From: Deltaproteobacteria bacterium
Lineage (GTDB): Bacteria > Desulfobacterota_D > UBA1144 > Nemesobacterales > UBA2774
Direction: 5' to 3'
Length of the DNA: 64,000 nt
Assembly (NCBI GenBank): GCA_029262275.1
Contig: JAJCZS010000037.1
Span: 42,721-106,720 of the forward strand
Shown here: piece after piece, positions 50,514 through 61,784 of the stretch
Layout of the letters: the number at the start of each line of letters is the position of its first letter
Numbering within the stretch: the stretch's first letter is position 1
The notes under the pieces: model-generated
Told to the model about the DNA's origin: nothing
What the model saw: only the letters and a program-made list of their open reading frames with translations
Database searches by the model: none
Program-made: the position numbers and the translations under genes

Positions 50514-51866
50514 ATGTCAGAACTAACCGAATTAACTCGTGTAATGGATTCTGTCTGTAAAGACAAGGGTATTAAAAGAGAAGAGATTGTTGACGCGGTT
50601 GAAGAGGCCGTATTATCAGCAGCACAAAAATTATTCCGAATGCAGGATATGGATAAAGAGCTTGAAGTTCATTTCAATGAAGACGATGGCGACGTAGAGT
50701 TATTTGAGTTTAAGACTGTCGTAGAAGATATTGAAGATCCTGAGATGGAAATTAATGAAGAGGAAGCGCTAACTCTTGATCCAGAAGCCGAGCTTGGTGA
50801 TCAGATTGGTGTTAAAATTAACCCTGATTTTACTAGAATTGCCATACAAAATGCTAAACAGAGAATACTCCAAAGTATAAAAGAGGCGGAAGGAAAGGTC
50901 ATTTATGAGGAATTTAAAAACCGCAAAGGGGAGCTTATTAGCGGAATAGTAAGAAGGGTTGAAAGAAGAAATATTATTGTAGACCTAGGAAAGACAGAAG
51001 CCTACCTTCCTCCTGAACAACAGGTGCAGAGAGAGTATTATAAGCCTAAGGAGCGAATGAGGGCTATATTGGTTGATATTAAGGAAACAAAACGCGGGCC
51101 GCAGTTAATATTGTCCCGTTCTCATAAAGACTTTGTAAAGAAACTATTTGAATCTGAAGTGCCAGAAATAGGTGAGCAAATTGTAGAAATTCAAGCTATC
51201 TCCCGAGATCCTGGAGGCCGCACAAAAATTGCTGTTTCATCAAACGATCAGGATGTTGATCCAGTTGGTGCATGTGTTGGAATGAGAGGGGCTAGAGTTC
51301 AAAATGTGATTCAAGAGCTAAGAGGGGAAAAAATTGATATAGTGCCGTGGTCTCCTGATCATGCAAGATTTGCTTGTAACGCACTATCTCCTGCAGAGGT
51401 TAGTAAGGTCATCATTGATGATGAAAATAAGTCAATGGAGATTATAGTGGATGATGATCAATTATCCTTGGCGATAGGCCGCAGGGGTCAGAATGTAAGG
51501 CTTGCGTCTCAGTTAACTGAATGGCGTATTGATATTAAGACAGATTCTCAGATGAAACGTGAACAACAGGATGTTGTCTCTTTGTTAATGTCGCTTCCTA
51601 ATGTTAAAGAGGTGACTGCTAATCTATTGTATGGTGATGGTTATCATAAATTAGAGGATGTCGCTTTTTCTGACTCAGAAAGTCTTGTAAAGTCAGGTGG
51701 CTTAAAAGACGAAGAAGAAGCCCAGAGATTACAAACTGCAGCAAGAATTGCACTTAAAGATAAATTGGATCAAATGACAGAGCCTGGCGAGGTTGCCGAG
51801 GAATCTATACTTGAAGTGAAACAGGAACCTGAACCGAAAGCAGAAAATGTGGCTGAACAAGAGTAA
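50514..51866 (+). CDS. nusA: Transcription factor NusA
   Basis: EVPEI, R.PG.RTKIAV, DPVGACVG.RG, LSLAIGRRGQNVRLA. Confidence 0.98.
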   Translation: MSELTELTRVMDSVCKDKGIKREEIVDAVEEAVLSAAQKLFRMQDMDKELEVHFNEDDGDVELFEFKTVVEDIEDPEMEINEEEALTLDPEAELGDQIGVKINPDFTRIAIQNAKQRILQSIKEAEGKVIYEEFKNRKGELISGIVRRVERRNIIVDLGKTEAYLPPEQQVQREYYKPKERMRAILVDIKETKRGPQLILSRSHKDFVKKLFESEVPEIGEQIVEIQAISRDPGGRTKIAVSSNDQDVDPVGACVGMRGARVQNVIQELRGEKIDIVPWSPDHARFACNALSPAEVSKVIIDDENKSMEIIVDDDQLSLAIGRRGQNVRLASQLTEWRIDIKTDSQMKREQQDVVSLLMSLPNVKEVTANLLYGDGYHKLEDVAFSDSESLVKSGGLKDEEEAQRLQTAARIALKDKLDQMTEPGEVAEESILEVKQEPEPKAENVAEQE

Positions 51867-52041
51867 ATATTAAATTTTCTTAGAATTTGTCTAACAAAAT
51901 GATTGAGTTGATTTAGGTTCCATAAAATTAAGTTCATTTAAGGTACATTAACAAAGCTCTCTTTTGCATAGTTTACTAAACTTTGGTACCCTTCATTAGA
52001 TAAGCTCAAAGATTAAAATAAAATATTAATACCTAGTAGTA

Positions 52042-54693
52042 ATGGATGTGTTAAATATGTCTAGTATAAGAGTCTATGAACTATCGCGTGATTTAGATAA
52101 GCCTAGCAAGGAAGTTTTAAATGTTGCTAAAGGTTTAGGTATATCTGTTAAGAGTCATGCCAGTTCAATTTCTGCCGAAGAAGCGAAGAAAATTATAGAT
52201 AAAATTGGCTCTCCTGGGTCAGCAGAATCTAAGAAAAAAGAGGCTGCTGTTGAGGAGAAAGAAAAGGTGAGAGTCTTTCGTTCTGAAAGTGGGGCTGAAG
52301 TTGTTGAGAGAAGAAAGGGAGCCCGAGTTGTATTACGTAGAAAAAAGAAGTCGGCAGAGCCAGAAGAAGTTCTCGAAACCGCAGAGCCTGAAGTTATAGA
52401 AACACCGGCAGTCGTCGATGAGCATGTGGAAGATGGGGCCAAAGCAGTAGAGCTCAGTGAGTCTGAAGAAGCAATTCAAGCCAAGGGATCCGACTCAAGT
52501 ACCGAAGCAACTCAAGAAATTAGCCAAGAATCTGAGGAAGAACCCTTAGAAGCTCAAGACTCTGAAGAAACTGTAGAGAACAAAACCCAACAATCAACAC
52601 CTGAAATAGATAAAAAACCTAAAGCTGCTACAGAAGAGCCTGAGAAGAAGTTTAAGAAAAAGAGTAAAAAGGTTAAACCTAAACGCGAAGAAATAATAGA
52701 TGAAGACACACTTGAAGAATTAAGGAAAGCCTTCAGAGCCAAGCTTCCTGGTAAAAGAAGGGAGTATCTTGTTGAAGGTGGTGCTAGCAGATCCAGACCT
52801 AGACCATCTAACAGTGGTGGATACAGGGGCAAGGGGTCTGACAACAGAGGTTCTAGAGATGACTCCAGATATGCCAAATCTCAAGCTGGGGCTAGTGATA
52901 TGTCCACTGATGTTTTCCCATTTCCAGCAAAGGCATCAAAGCGTGCTATAAAGATCGGCGAGTCAATCAATGTTGGCGAATTAGCCAAGTTGATGAGTGT
53001 TAAGGCCGGGGAATTAATAAGAAAACTAATTTCTCTAGGTGTTAGTGCTACTATCAATCAAACTGTAGACCATGAAACAGCTGTACTTTTGGCTGAAGAA
53101 TTCGAATATGAAGTTATTGTTGATATATTTGAGGAAGAAGACTTACTACTTGAAACTGAAGATAATGACACCGAAGCCAATATGTCCACACGACCACCAG
53201 TTGTAACTGTAATGGGTCATGTAGATCATGGAAAAACTACTTTGCTCGATACCATAAGAAAGGCAAATGTAGTGGATGGAGAGGCTGGTGGAATTACTCA
53301 GCATATAGGTGCATATTCTGTAGATGTTAATGGTAGAAAGGTTGCATTTGTAGATACTCCGGGACATGAAGCTTTTACCGCAATGAGGGCTCGTGGTGCA
53401 AAAGTTACGGATGTTGTGATTCTTGTGGTTGCTGCGGATGATGGAGTTATGCCTCAGACAGTAGAGGCTGTAAACCATGCTAAGGCTGCGGAAGTTCCTA
53501 TAATAGTAGCTGTTAACAAAATAGATAAACCCGACGCTGAACCTGAAAAAATTAAACGTGAGCTATCAGAAATCGGTCTCCTTGCTGAAGATTGGGGAGG
53601 CGATACGTTATTTACAGAGGTATCAGCTAAGCAAAATACCGGCATTAAGGAATTACTTGAACTCATATTATTGCAAGCAGATGTGCTTGAGCTAAAAGCC
53701 GATACCAACAAGAGAGCCAACGGGTTTGTAATTGAGGCAGTTTTAGACAAGGGCAGAGGCCCAGTTGCTACTGTGATTGTTAATGAAGGAACCTTGAGGG
53801 TTGGAGATACAGTGGTTGCTGGTACAACCTATGGTAAAGTCAGGGCCCTTTTAGACGATAGAGGTGGTAGGGTTCAAGAGGCAGGCCCCGCAGTTCCAGT
53901 TGAAATAATGGGACTCTCTGGGGTTGCTCAAGCAGGAGAGCGTTTCTATGCTGTAAAAGATGAGAAAACAGCCAAAGATGTAATAGGACATAGAGAAACG
54001 AAGCAAAGAGAGACTCTGGCTGCCAAAGTAAGGAAACCATCATTAGAGAATCTATTTGAGACACTAGAGGAAGAAGAAGCCAAAGAGCTCGCTATAATCA
54101 TCAAAGCAGACACTCAGGGTTCAGTTGAAGCAGTTAGAGAGTCCATAACTAAACTTAGCACAGAGAAATGTCAGGTTAAGGTAGTACATACAGGGGTTGG
54201 AGGCATTAACGAAACAGATGTGATATTGGCCAGTGCTTCAAATGCGATTATTGTAGGATTTAATGTCAGACCTGATGTAAAGGCTTTAGAGATCGCAGAT
54301 AGAGAGGGCATTTCATTTGAACTTCATACTATAATATACAATCTTATTGATAGAGTCAGAGGAGCCATGGAAGGGTTATTGGATCCGATAGTCAAAGAGA
54401 AGATTATGGGTCACGCAGAAATTAGAGAGACCTTTAATATTTCTAGGATTGGAACTATAGCAGGGTGTTTTGTAAATGATGGTAAAGTTGTGAGAGATAA
54501 CAATGTGAGAGTTTTGAGGGATGGCGTAATCGTTTTTGATGGTCTTCTATCATCTCTTAAACGTTTCAAAGACGATGCCAAGGAAGTTAACGCGGGATAT
54601 GAATGTGGTATAACAATTGAAAGGTTCAACGATCTTAAAGTTGGGGATACTTTCGAGTTTTACACTCATGAGGAATTTAAGCAAGAGCTTTGA
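52042..54693 (+). CDS. infB: Translation initiation factor IF-2
   Basis: [33 protein letters not shown]. Start may be the ATG at 52057. Confidence 0.98.
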   Translation: MDVLNMSSIRVYELSRDLDKPSKEVLNVAKGLGISVKSHASSISAEEAKKIIDKIGSPGSAESKKKEAAVEEKEKVRVFRSESGAEVVERRKGARVVLRRKKKSAEPEEVLETAEPEVIETPAVVDEHVEDGAKAVELSESEEAIQAKGSDSSTEATQEISQESEEEPLEAQDSEETVENKTQQSTPEIDKKPKAATEEPEKKFKKKSKKVKPKREEIIDEDTLEELRKAFRAKLPGKRREYLVEGGASRSRPRPSNSGGYRGKGSDNRGSRDDSRYAKSQAGASDMSTDVFPFPAKASKRAIKIGESINVGELAKLMSVKAGELIRKLISLGVSATINQTVDHETAVLLAEEFEYEVIVDIFEEEDLLLETEDNDTEANMSTRPPVVTVMGHVDHGKTTLLDTIRKANVVDGEAGGITQHIGAYSVDVNGRKVAFVDTPGHEAFTAMRARGAKVTDVVILVVAADDGVMPQTVEAVNHAKAAEVPIIVAVNKIDKPDAEPEKIKRELSEIGLLAEDWGGDTLFTEVSAKQNTGIKELLELILLQADVLELKADTNKRANGFVIEAVLDKGRGPVATVIVNEGTLRVGDTVVAGTTYGKVRALLDDRGGRVQEAGPAVPVEIMGLSGVAQAGERFYAVKDEKTAKDVIGHRETKQRETLAAKVRKPSLENLFETLEEEEAKELAIIIKADTQGSVEAVRESITKLSTEKCQVKVVHTGVGGINETDVILASASNAIIVGFNVRPDVKALEIADREGISFELHTIIYNLIDRVRGAMEGLLDPIVKEKIMGHAEIRETFNISRIGTIAGCFVNDGKVVRDNNVRVLRDGVIVFDGLLSSLKRFKDDAKEVNAGYECGITIERFNDLKVGDTFEFYTHEEFKQEL

Positions 54694-54702
54694 TAGTGAC
54701 AA

Positions 54703-54993
54703 ATGTTCGTAGGCATACTCCGAATTGATTTATATATGGATGGCAACAGATCTCTCAAAGATAAGAGGCAGACCTTAAAAAGCTTGATTCATAGAGCAAA
54801 ATCCAGATTCAATAACATCTCAATAGCTGAAGTAGATTCTAATGATCTTTGGCAAAAGGCAACGGTGGGTATATCCTTCGTTAGCAATGAAAAACGTCAT
54901 GTGAACTCAGTACTGGATCAAGTAGCTGACTTTATAGATTCAACAGGGTTGGTTCAAATGGGAAATAGAGAGCTTGAAATATTAAATATATAA
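54703..54993 (+). CDS. DUF503 (YlxP-like) protein
   Basis: SLKDKR, F.N.SIAEV...D.WQ; position between infB and rbfA. Confidence 0.9.
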   Translation: MFVGILRIDLYMDGNRSLKDKRQTLKSLIHRAKSRFNNISIAEVDSNDLWQKATVGISFVSNEKRHVNSVLDQVADFIDSTGLVQMGNRELEILNI

Positions 54994-55006
54994 TGGGGAG
55001 CGTTAT

Positions 55007-55363
55007 TTGGCAGCTACTTTTAAAAGATCAGCCAGGATTTCAGATTTAATAATAAAAGAAGTATCTCAAATGATAGTGAAGGGTGAAATTAGGGATCCTA
55101 GGGCTAGTTTAGCATTTATCACCGGAGCAAGGGTTTCCGATAATCTTAGCAATGCAAATATATATTTTTCCGTTCTAGACGATTCCACAGATAAAGAAGA
55201 AGTTCTAAAGGGACTGGAAAGTGCCAAAGGATTTATTAAAACTGCGTTATCGAAGAGACTAAAGATGAGAAAACTACCTGATTTGCAATTTAAACATGAT
55301 ACAGCTCTTGAGACAGGATATAAGGTAGACGAAGTACTTAGAGAGATTAAAACTGATGAGTGA
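55007..55363 (+). CDS. rbfA: Ribosome-binding factor A
   Basis: IRDPR, L.SAKGFI, R..P.L.F..D; operon position; TTG start. Confidence 0.93.
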   Translation: MAATFKRSARISDLIIKEVSQMIVKGEIRDPRASLAFITGARVSDNLSNANIYFSVLDDSTDKEEVLKGLESAKGFIKTALSKRLKMRKLPDLQFKHDTALETGYKVDEVLREIKTDE

Positions 55364-56330
55364 ATATAACAAGCTCAATGAATTGATTGGGCAATCAAAA
55401 AAGATATTAATTACCTCACATGAGAATCCTGATGGGGATGCGCTAGGTTCTATGCTGAGTCTTGGGCTTGGACTTTTAAAATTGAACAAAGAAGTTGTAT
55501 TTTATAATAAAGACGGAGTGCCTGAGATATTGGATTTCCTTCCTCATTCTGAAGAAATAATAGATTCTCTAGATTCTTTATCCGGTCCGTTTGATATTGT
55601 TTTTGCTGTGGATTGCTCTGGTACATATAGAGCAGGTAAAGAGTTTGAAAGGTATGCAAAGTCTGAGAATTGTCTAAATCTTGTAATTATTGACCACCAT
55701 GAGACAACCGGATCTAATGCTGATATACACATTCTTGATACAAATGCGTCTTCAACAGGGATCATGATTTATAGAATATTAAAGTCTCTAGATGTAGAAA
55801 TTGATGAATCAATCTCAAAAAACATATATACAACGATAATTAGTGATACAGGTTCTTTTAATTATTCGAATACAAGCTCTGAGACCTTCAGAGTAGCTGC
55901 TGAGCTAGTCGACGCGGGAGCAGATCCTTCTGAGATCTCTCAGGCTTTATATGAAAATGAGCCACTTAGGAAGCTTGAGCTTTTTAAATTAGTAATTCCA
56001 ACTCTAGATATAACCCCAGGTAAAACCATTGCTTCAATATTTGTAGATAAGGAAATGTTTAGTGAAACTGGAACAACCAGGGAAGACACCGAGGGGATGG
56101 TTAATATCCCTAGGAGCATAAAAGGGGTCCAAGTTGCTATGTTGTTTAGACAGGAAAAGGGGGAGGATTGGAAAATTAGTCTTAGATCTAAAGGACAGGT
56201 TAATGTAGCCAAGATAGCAGAGGGGTTTGGAGGCGGAGGTCATGCTAGGGCTGCGGGCTGCTCACTTAAGGGTAGCATTTCTGAAGTTAAATCTGAAGTA
56301 ATTCGTAGTATTGAAGAGGCTTTAGGATGA
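55356..56330 (+). CDS. nrnA: DHH/DHHA1 phosphoesterase (NrnA-like)
   Basis: HENPDGDA.GS, IDHH, DTGSF, SLRS, GGGGH..AAG. Confidence 0.9.
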   Translation: MSEYNKLNELIGQSKKILITSHENPDGDALGSMLSLGLGLLKLNKEVVFYNKDGVPEILDFLPHSEEIIDSLDSLSGPFDIVFAVDCSGTYRAGKEFERYAKSENCLNLVIIDHHETTGSNADIHILDTNASSTGIMIYRILKSLDVEIDESISKNIYTTIISDTGSFNYSNTSSETFRVAAELVDAGADPSEISQALYENEPLRKLELFKLVIPTLDITPGKTIASIFVDKEMFSETGTTREDTEGMVNIPRSIKGVQVAMLFRQEKGEDWKISLRSKGQVNVAKIAEGFGGGGHARAAGCSLKGSISEVKSEVIRSIEEALG

Positions 56331-57238
56331 GTGGAGTGATTGTGCTCGATAAGCCAAAGGGTATTACCTCTCAGAAGGCCGTAACTGAGGTGAACAAAAT
56401 AATTAAGGCTAAGCGTGCTGGACACACTGGGACGCTTGATCCTTTTGCCACAGGCGTGTTGCCTATTTGTTTTGATAAAGCCACAAAACTAATTCCCTAC
56501 ATGAAGAATGATTTTAAGAAGTACGAAGCTGTAATTCATCTCGGAATATCTACTGATACTCTTGATAATACAGGTGAGGTTACAAAGAAGTGTGATCCTG
56601 GGATTTTAGATAAAAATACAATAATTGGTGCATTTTCTAAATATAAGGGTAAAATAAACCAGATTCCTCCCATGTTTTCAGCAGTTAAGAAAGATGGAGT
56701 TAGATTATATGAGCTGGCTAGAAGAGGGATAGAGGTTGAAAGGGCTCCAAGGGAAGTAACAATTAATAAGATTGAGCTATTGGAGTTTGATCCACCACTC
56801 ATAAGATTTATTGTAGAATGTTCGCGCGGTACTTATATCAGGGTTCTTGCTGCTGACATTTCTGATGATCTTGGTTGCGGTGGGCACCTAGTTGAACTTA
56901 GAAGAATTAGTAGTGATGGATTTACGATAGATGAAGCGGTAACGATAGATGATATAAAGAGTGGCAATATTGAATTAACTTCACTAGAAGATGTACTCTC
57001 ACATATCAAAGAAGTAAACGTTTCTTCTAATGTGGCCAGTCAAATCAGACTAGGCAAACAAATTATGAGATCTCATATAGATTTAAATGACCTCCCGGTG
57101 TTTGAAGCTGGAGATCATTTAAAGATTTATGAGAATAAGGTTTTGGTCGCTATAACCCAGGCGAATGTCGGCTCAAGTGAGCTTGGGGAAGTAGATGATC
57201 AAGCAATTGTTTTTAAATTGCTCAGAGTATTTAACTAA
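56327..57238 (+). CDS. truB: tRNA pseudouridine(55) synthase
   Basis: DKP.G.TS, GHTGTLDP.ATG, PP.FSA.K..G, GTYIR. Confidence 0.97.
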   Translation: MSGVIVLDKPKGITSQKAVTEVNKIIKAKRAGHTGTLDPFATGVLPICFDKATKLIPYMKNDFKKYEAVIHLGISTDTLDNTGEVTKKCDPGILDKNTIIGAFSKYKGKINQIPPMFSAVKKDGVRLYELARRGIEVERAPREVTINKIELLEFDPPLIRFIVECSRGTYIRVLAADISDDLGCGGHLVELRRISSDGFTIDEAVTIDDIKSGNIELTSLEDVLSHIKEVNVSSNVASQIRLGKQIMRSHIDLNDLPVFEAGDHLKIYENKVLVAITQANVGSSELGEVDDQAIVFKLLRVFN

Positions 57239-57303
57239 ACACGCCGTGGTTAAATGAATCTGAGTCAATTTGCCAAATACAGAAATACAAAGGAGGCAGT
57301 TAA

Positions 57304-57573
57304 ATGGCGCTAGATAAAGAAGATAAATCCCAAATAATCAGTGAGTTCGCAACTCATGATAAGGATGTTGGCTCACCAGAGGTGCAAGTTGGCATACTTT
57401 CCCGTAGAATCGCAGATCTTACTGAGCATATGAGTAATGCACCTAAGGATTTTCATTCCAGACGAGGACTCGTGCTTCTTGTTGCTAGAAGAAGACGTTT
57501 ACTTAACTATATTAAAAAGAACAGCCCGGAAAAATATCCAGGGCTCATAAAAAGACTCGGACTTAGAAAGTAG
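57304..57573 (+). CDS. rpsO: 30S ribosomal protein S15
   Basis: [26 protein letters not shown]. Confidence 0.98.
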   Translation: MALDKEDKSQIISEFATHDKDVGSPEVQVGILSRRIADLTEHMSNAPKDFHSRRGLVLLVARRRRLLNYIKKNSPEKYPGLIKRLGLRK

Positions 57574-57596
57574 AGAGTTATTAAGGAGGCAGTATA

Positions 57597-59702
57597 TTGA
57601 TTAATCAACCAAAGAAGGTTGAAGCACAGATATTTGGAACAACTTTTGGGCTTGAGACCGGAACACTTGCAAAACAGACAAGCGGCTCAGTATTGGCACG
57701 CTATGGTGACACAGTAGTGTTGGCTACACTAGTTGCGGCTAAAGAAAAAACAGAAGGTGAAGACTTTTTACCACTGACAGTTAACTATCAAGAAAAATCT
57801 GCTGCTGCGGGGAAAATACCGGGCGGATTTTTCAAAAGAGAGGGAAGACCTAACGAAAAGGAAGTTCTAACTTCAAGGCTTATTGATAGGCCAATTAGAC
57901 CCTTATTTCCTAAAGAATTTACATATCAGACTCAAATAATTATTACGGTCTTTTCTGCAGATGCTGATTATGATCCCGATGTACTATCAGTAACAGCGGC
58001 ATCAGCGGCACTTACGGTTTCTGATGTTCCCTTTGCGGGCCCATTGGCTGCTGTTAGAGTTGCTAGAGTTGGGGGAGAGTTCATTTGCAACCCTATAAAA
58101 AGTCAACTTGAAGAAAGTGACATGAACATTGTTGTAGCGGGAACAAAAGAAGCTATCGTTATGGTTGAGGGAGGTTCAAATGAAGTCTCTGAATCCGACA
58201 TAATAGATGCCCTGATGTTTGCCCATGAATGTATTCAGGAATTCATTAAAGTTCAGGAAGATTTAGTTGCTGGTGAGGATATTCAGAAACGAGTTCTTGA
58301 TCCTATTGAAGAAGATGAAGATTTCAACAACAAGGTTATTTCTTTTGCTGACGATAAATTAAAAGAAGCTATTGTGATTTCATCTAAAACCGAAAGAAAT
58401 GATACTATAAAGAAAATTCATTCTGAGACACAGGAACAAATAAGTTCTCAGTATCCTGATGAAGAAGTAGATATTTCAAAGCCTTTTGAGAAATTACTAA
58501 AAGAATCTGTTAGAGGCCTTATCGTTAATGACCAAAAGAGACTTGATGGTAGAGGATACAGAGATGTTAGACCAATAAGTGGTGAGGTTGGTTTTCTTCC
58601 TCGTGTACATGGCTCAGCAGTATTTACCAGGGGTGAGACACAGGCTGCTGTGACTGCTACTCTTGGTACCAAATATGATGAGCAAAGGATAGATTCTCTA
58701 GAAGGGGATGTTACCAAAACATTTATGCTTCATTACAATTTTCCTCCATATAGTGTAGGAGAGACCTCTTTTAGATTAGGGCCGGGACGAAGAGAAATTG
58801 GGCATGGAGCGCTAGCTGAAAGAGCTCTTTCTGTAGTTTTACCAAAAAGAGAAGACTTTCCTTATACCCTAAGAATCGTCTCAGAGGTACTTGAGTCAAA
58901 CGGCTCCTCCTCAATGGCTTCAGTGTGTGGCGGAACTTTATCGATGTTAGACGCCGGTGTTCCTATTAGTGCACCTGTTAGCGGTATAGCAATGGGATTG
59001 ATTAAAGAAGGCGACAACTTTGTAATTCTCTCAGATATTTTAGGGGACGAAGACCATTTAGGAGATATGGATTTTAAAGTTGCAGGTACTACTAATGGAG
59101 TAACTGCTCTCCAGATGGATATTAAAGTTACCGGAGTTACAAGAGAAATTCTTACTGATGCTCTAAATCAGGCAAAAGAAGGCAGACTCCATATTCTAGG
59201 AGAGATGGACAAGATACTTGCCACTCCTAGAGAGGACATTTCAGAGTTTGCTCCTAGAATTATCACAATGCAGGTAGATCAGGCCAAGATCAAAGATGTT
59301 ATTGGCTCTGGTGGTAAAACTATCAAGAAGATTGTTGAACTTACTGGTGTGCAGATAGATATAGATGACTCTGGTACTGTAAATATTGCATCTCCTGATA
59401 GAGATGCTTGTGCCCAAGCAATCAAGATAATTGAAGGAATTGTCGAAGATATGGAAGTTGGCAAGGTTTATCTTGGAACCGTTAAAAGGATATTAGATTT
59501 CGGTGCTATTGTTGAGCTTGCAAATGGGAAAGACGGACTGGTTCACATCTCTGAGCTAGAACCAAAAAGAGTTGAGAAAGTTACAGATGTCCTTCAAGAA
59601 AAAGATGAGTTATTAGTTAAATGTATCGAAACGAGCCGCGATGGAAAGATCAGGCTGAGCAGAAAACAGGCTCTTGATCAGAACATTGAGGATTATAGAT
59701 AA
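57597..59702 (+). CDS. pnp: Polyribonucleotide nucleotidyltransferase
   Basis: [42 protein letters not shown]; KH and S1 domains; TTG start. Confidence 0.98.
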   Translation: MINQPKKVEAQIFGTTFGLETGTLAKQTSGSVLARYGDTVVLATLVAAKEKTEGEDFLPLTVNYQEKSAAAGKIPGGFFKREGRPNEKEVLTSRLIDRPIRPLFPKEFTYQTQIIITVFSADADYDPDVLSVTAASAALTVSDVPFAGPLAAVRVARVGGEFICNPIKSQLEESDMNIVVAGTKEAIVMVEGGSNEVSESDIIDALMFAHECIQEFIKVQEDLVAGEDIQKRVLDPIEEDEDFNNKVISFADDKLKEAIVISSKTERNDTIKKIHSETQEQISSQYPDEEVDISKPFEKLLKESVRGLIVNDQKRLDGRGYRDVRPISGEVGFLPRVHGSAVFTRGETQAAVTATLGTKYDEQRIDSLEGDVTKTFMLHYNFPPYSVGETSFRLGPGRREIGHGALAERALSVVLPKREDFPYTLRIVSEVLESNGSSSMASVCGGTLSMLDAGVPISAPVSGIAMGLIKEGDNFVILSDILGDEDHLGDMDFKVAGTTNGVTALQMDIKVTGVTREILTDALNQAKEGRLHILGEMDKILATPREDISEFAPRIITMQVDQAKIKDVIGSGGKTIKKIVELTGVQIDIDDSGTVNIASPDRDACAQAIKIIEGIVEDMEVGKVYLGTVKRILDFGAIVELANGKDGLVHISELEPKRVEKVTDVLQEKDELLVKCIETSRDGKIRLSRKQALDQNIEDYR

Positions 59703-59733
59703 TTCTTTATACATATAACGATTAATAGAGAAA

Positions 59734-60669
59734 GTGAAACTAAATAAACCCAAACTGATTGTTGTTTTGGGTCCTACAGCAGTAGGAAAGAGTGCTGTTG
59801 GCATTGATATAGCTAAGAGGTTAGGGGGCGAAATTATCAATGCCGATTCCCTCCAAGTATACAAATATCTTAATATTGGCACAGCCAAGCCAAGCTCAAA
59901 AGAACTAGATGAAGTAAACCACCACTTAATAGATATTGTTAATCCGGATGAGGATTTTAATGCGGGCATATTTAGAACCCGAGCAGCTTCAACTATTAAT
60001 GATCTATCCCAAGCGGGTAAAAATATAATACTTGTCGGAGGCACTTATCTTTATGTGAAAGTGCTTCTCTCTGGTCTTATTGAAGGACTGCCTGCAAATC
60101 AGGAAATAAGAGAGAACATAAAAAAGTTGCGGTCCATCTTCGGACTCCCGTATGTATATGAGAGACTGTCTTTAATAGACCCTGAGGCAGCATCAAGAAT
60201 CCATCCCAATGACTACGTTAGAGCCGAGAGGGCTCTCGAGGTTAATTATCTTACAGGACAGAAAATGTCAGAGCTACAATCGGAGCATTGTTTTCGAGAC
60301 CAAGACTTTGAATATCTGAAAATTGGTATTTCCTTGGACAGAGAACTTCTTAAACAACGTATTGATACTAGAGTTGATGCTATGATTGAAGCTGGACTTG
60401 TAGGGGAAGTAGAAAAGTTAAGAGAAATGGGTTATCCGTGTGACTTAAAGCCAATGCAGTCAATCGGTTATAAAGAGATAAATCAATTTCTTGATGGGGA
60501 TATAAATTTTGATGAAGCTGTCGAGCTGATAAAGCGCGATACAAAGAGATTTGCCAAAAGGCAAATGACCTGGCTTAGAAAAGATAATGAAATCAAATGG
60601 TTTGAGCTAGATAAGAACTTTGATCAAATTGCTGATTTAGCAAAAGAGTTTTTTGGGAGTCGGCTTTAA
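59734..60669 (+). CDS. miaA: tRNA dimethylallyltransferase
   Basis: GPTAVGKS, DSLQVY..IGTAKP, VGGT.LY, IGYKE, AKRQ.TW. Confidence 0.97.
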   Translation: MKLNKPKLIVVLGPTAVGKSAVGIDIAKRLGGEIINADSLQVYKYLNIGTAKPSSKELDEVNHHLIDIVNPDEDFNAGIFRTRAASTINDLSQAGKNIILVGGTYLYVKVLLSGLIEGLPANQEIRENIKKLRSIFGLPYVYERLSLIDPEAASRIHPNDYVRAERALEVNYLTGQKMSELQSEHCFRDQDFEYLKIGISLDRELLKQRIDTRVDAMIEAGLVGEVEKLREMGYPCDLKPMQSIGYKEINQFLDGDINFDEAVELIKRDTKRFAKRQMTWLRKDNEIKWFELDKNFDQIADLAKEFFGSRL

Positions 60670-60681
60670 TAGATCTTGTAT

Positions 60682-61173
60682 TTAAGAATCGCTCTTTTTA
60701 ATTTCTTCATCAACTTTATTTATATATTCATCCTGACTTTTGGCTATAGTCTCGATTTCTTTTCTGTCTTCACTTCCATCTTCTTTTTGAGCTCTAAACA
60801 AGAACAAAGTAATAATGACTCCGCCTATTATTATTCCTGCCCCAGGTAGAAGCCATAGAATCCAGTTTATACCTTTTGGAGGAGGAGAGGCAAGAATACT
60901 CTCTCCGTAGCTGCTTACAAAATAAGCCAGTATTTCTTCTTGGGATTTTCCTTCTTCTAGTTGTTTTCTGATGATATCCCTCATATCATTTGCAAGATTA
61001 GAGTTGGATTCTCCTACACTCTGTCCCTGACATACAGGGCACATAAGAAGATTTGCAATACTTGTTGTTTGATCGTCAATACCTTCTTCAGCGATTGAGA
61101 CGAGTCCTGAAAAAACAAGAATTGAAATTATAGTTAATACACTTAATGAGTTTTTTAAAGTAAGCCTAGTCAT
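60682..61173 (-). CDS. ccmH: Cytochrome c biogenesis protein CcmH (N-terminal type)
   Basis: LMCPVCQGQSV..S...A..MR, YGE.IL..PP, LW..P. Confidence 0.9.
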   Translation of the reverse strand: MTRLTLKNSLSVLTIISILVFSGLVSIAEEGIDDQTTSIANLLMCPVCQGQSVGESNSNLANDMRDIIRKQLEEGKSQEEILAYFVSSYGESILASPPPKGINWILWLLPGAGIIIGGVIITLFLFRAQKEDGSEDRKEIETIAKSQDEYINKVDEEIKKSDS

Positions 61174-61721
61174 TAGGATTCATTCTCTTGTGGTTTCTGA
61201 GCCTTTAGGACGAAGTAATCTATGATTTGCTCCGTGAGTGGTCCTGTAAATTTATCTCTGACCATCCCGGACGAATCAATGAAAAATGTCTCTGGTACTC
61301 CGCCCACTCCATAATCAATCTGAATTTCCTCATCAGGGTCTAGAGCATGCGGGTAACCGCCACCAAATTTACTTAGATATTTAAGCGCATTTGAGTTCTC
61401 GTCCCATACGTTAACACCCACAAAAACTACATCATCGCCCTTATACTTCTGCCATGCTCTCTCTAGTGCTCCAGCTTCTTGTTTGCAGGGCATACACCAT
61501 GAAGCCCAGAAATTTAGAAGTACTGTTTTTCCTTCCAGATCAGATAATTTCAAATCTTGTCCATCAAAAGTCTTTAAGTTGAAGTCGGGTGCTTGCGTGC
61601 CTATCAAAGGGGATGTTTTTATGCTTACTCTGTTGCCGAAGATCGCATATCCCATAAGAGATATGAGACCCACAATGATTATTAATACAACTATTTTTCC
61701 TGAAGCACCTAGTATTTTCAT
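61173..61721 (-). CDS. TlpA/CcmG-like thiol-disulfide oxidoreductase
   Basis: N-terminal TM; APDF, NFWASWCMPC, GVPETFFID. Confidence 0.9.
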   Translation of the reverse strand: MKILGASGKIVVLIIIVGLISLMGYAIFGNRVSIKTSPLIGTQAPDFNLKTFDGQDLKLSDLEGKTVLLNFWASWCMPCKQEAGALERAWQKYKGDDVVFVGVNVWDENSNALKYLSKFGGGYPHALDPDEEIQIDYGVGGVPETFFIDSSGMVRDKFTGPLTEQIIDYFVLKAQKPQENES

Positions 61722-61784
61722 ATATAAACAGAAAGTCCTTTGAATTAAGAATTATAGTATAGCCAATGATAGTTGGGAGTTCGA

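Noticed and set aside
51867-51902. ILNFLRICLTK after the nusA stop as a ylxR remnant
   Set aside because: The resemblance to the YlxR R.C motif is too short to distinguish from chance.
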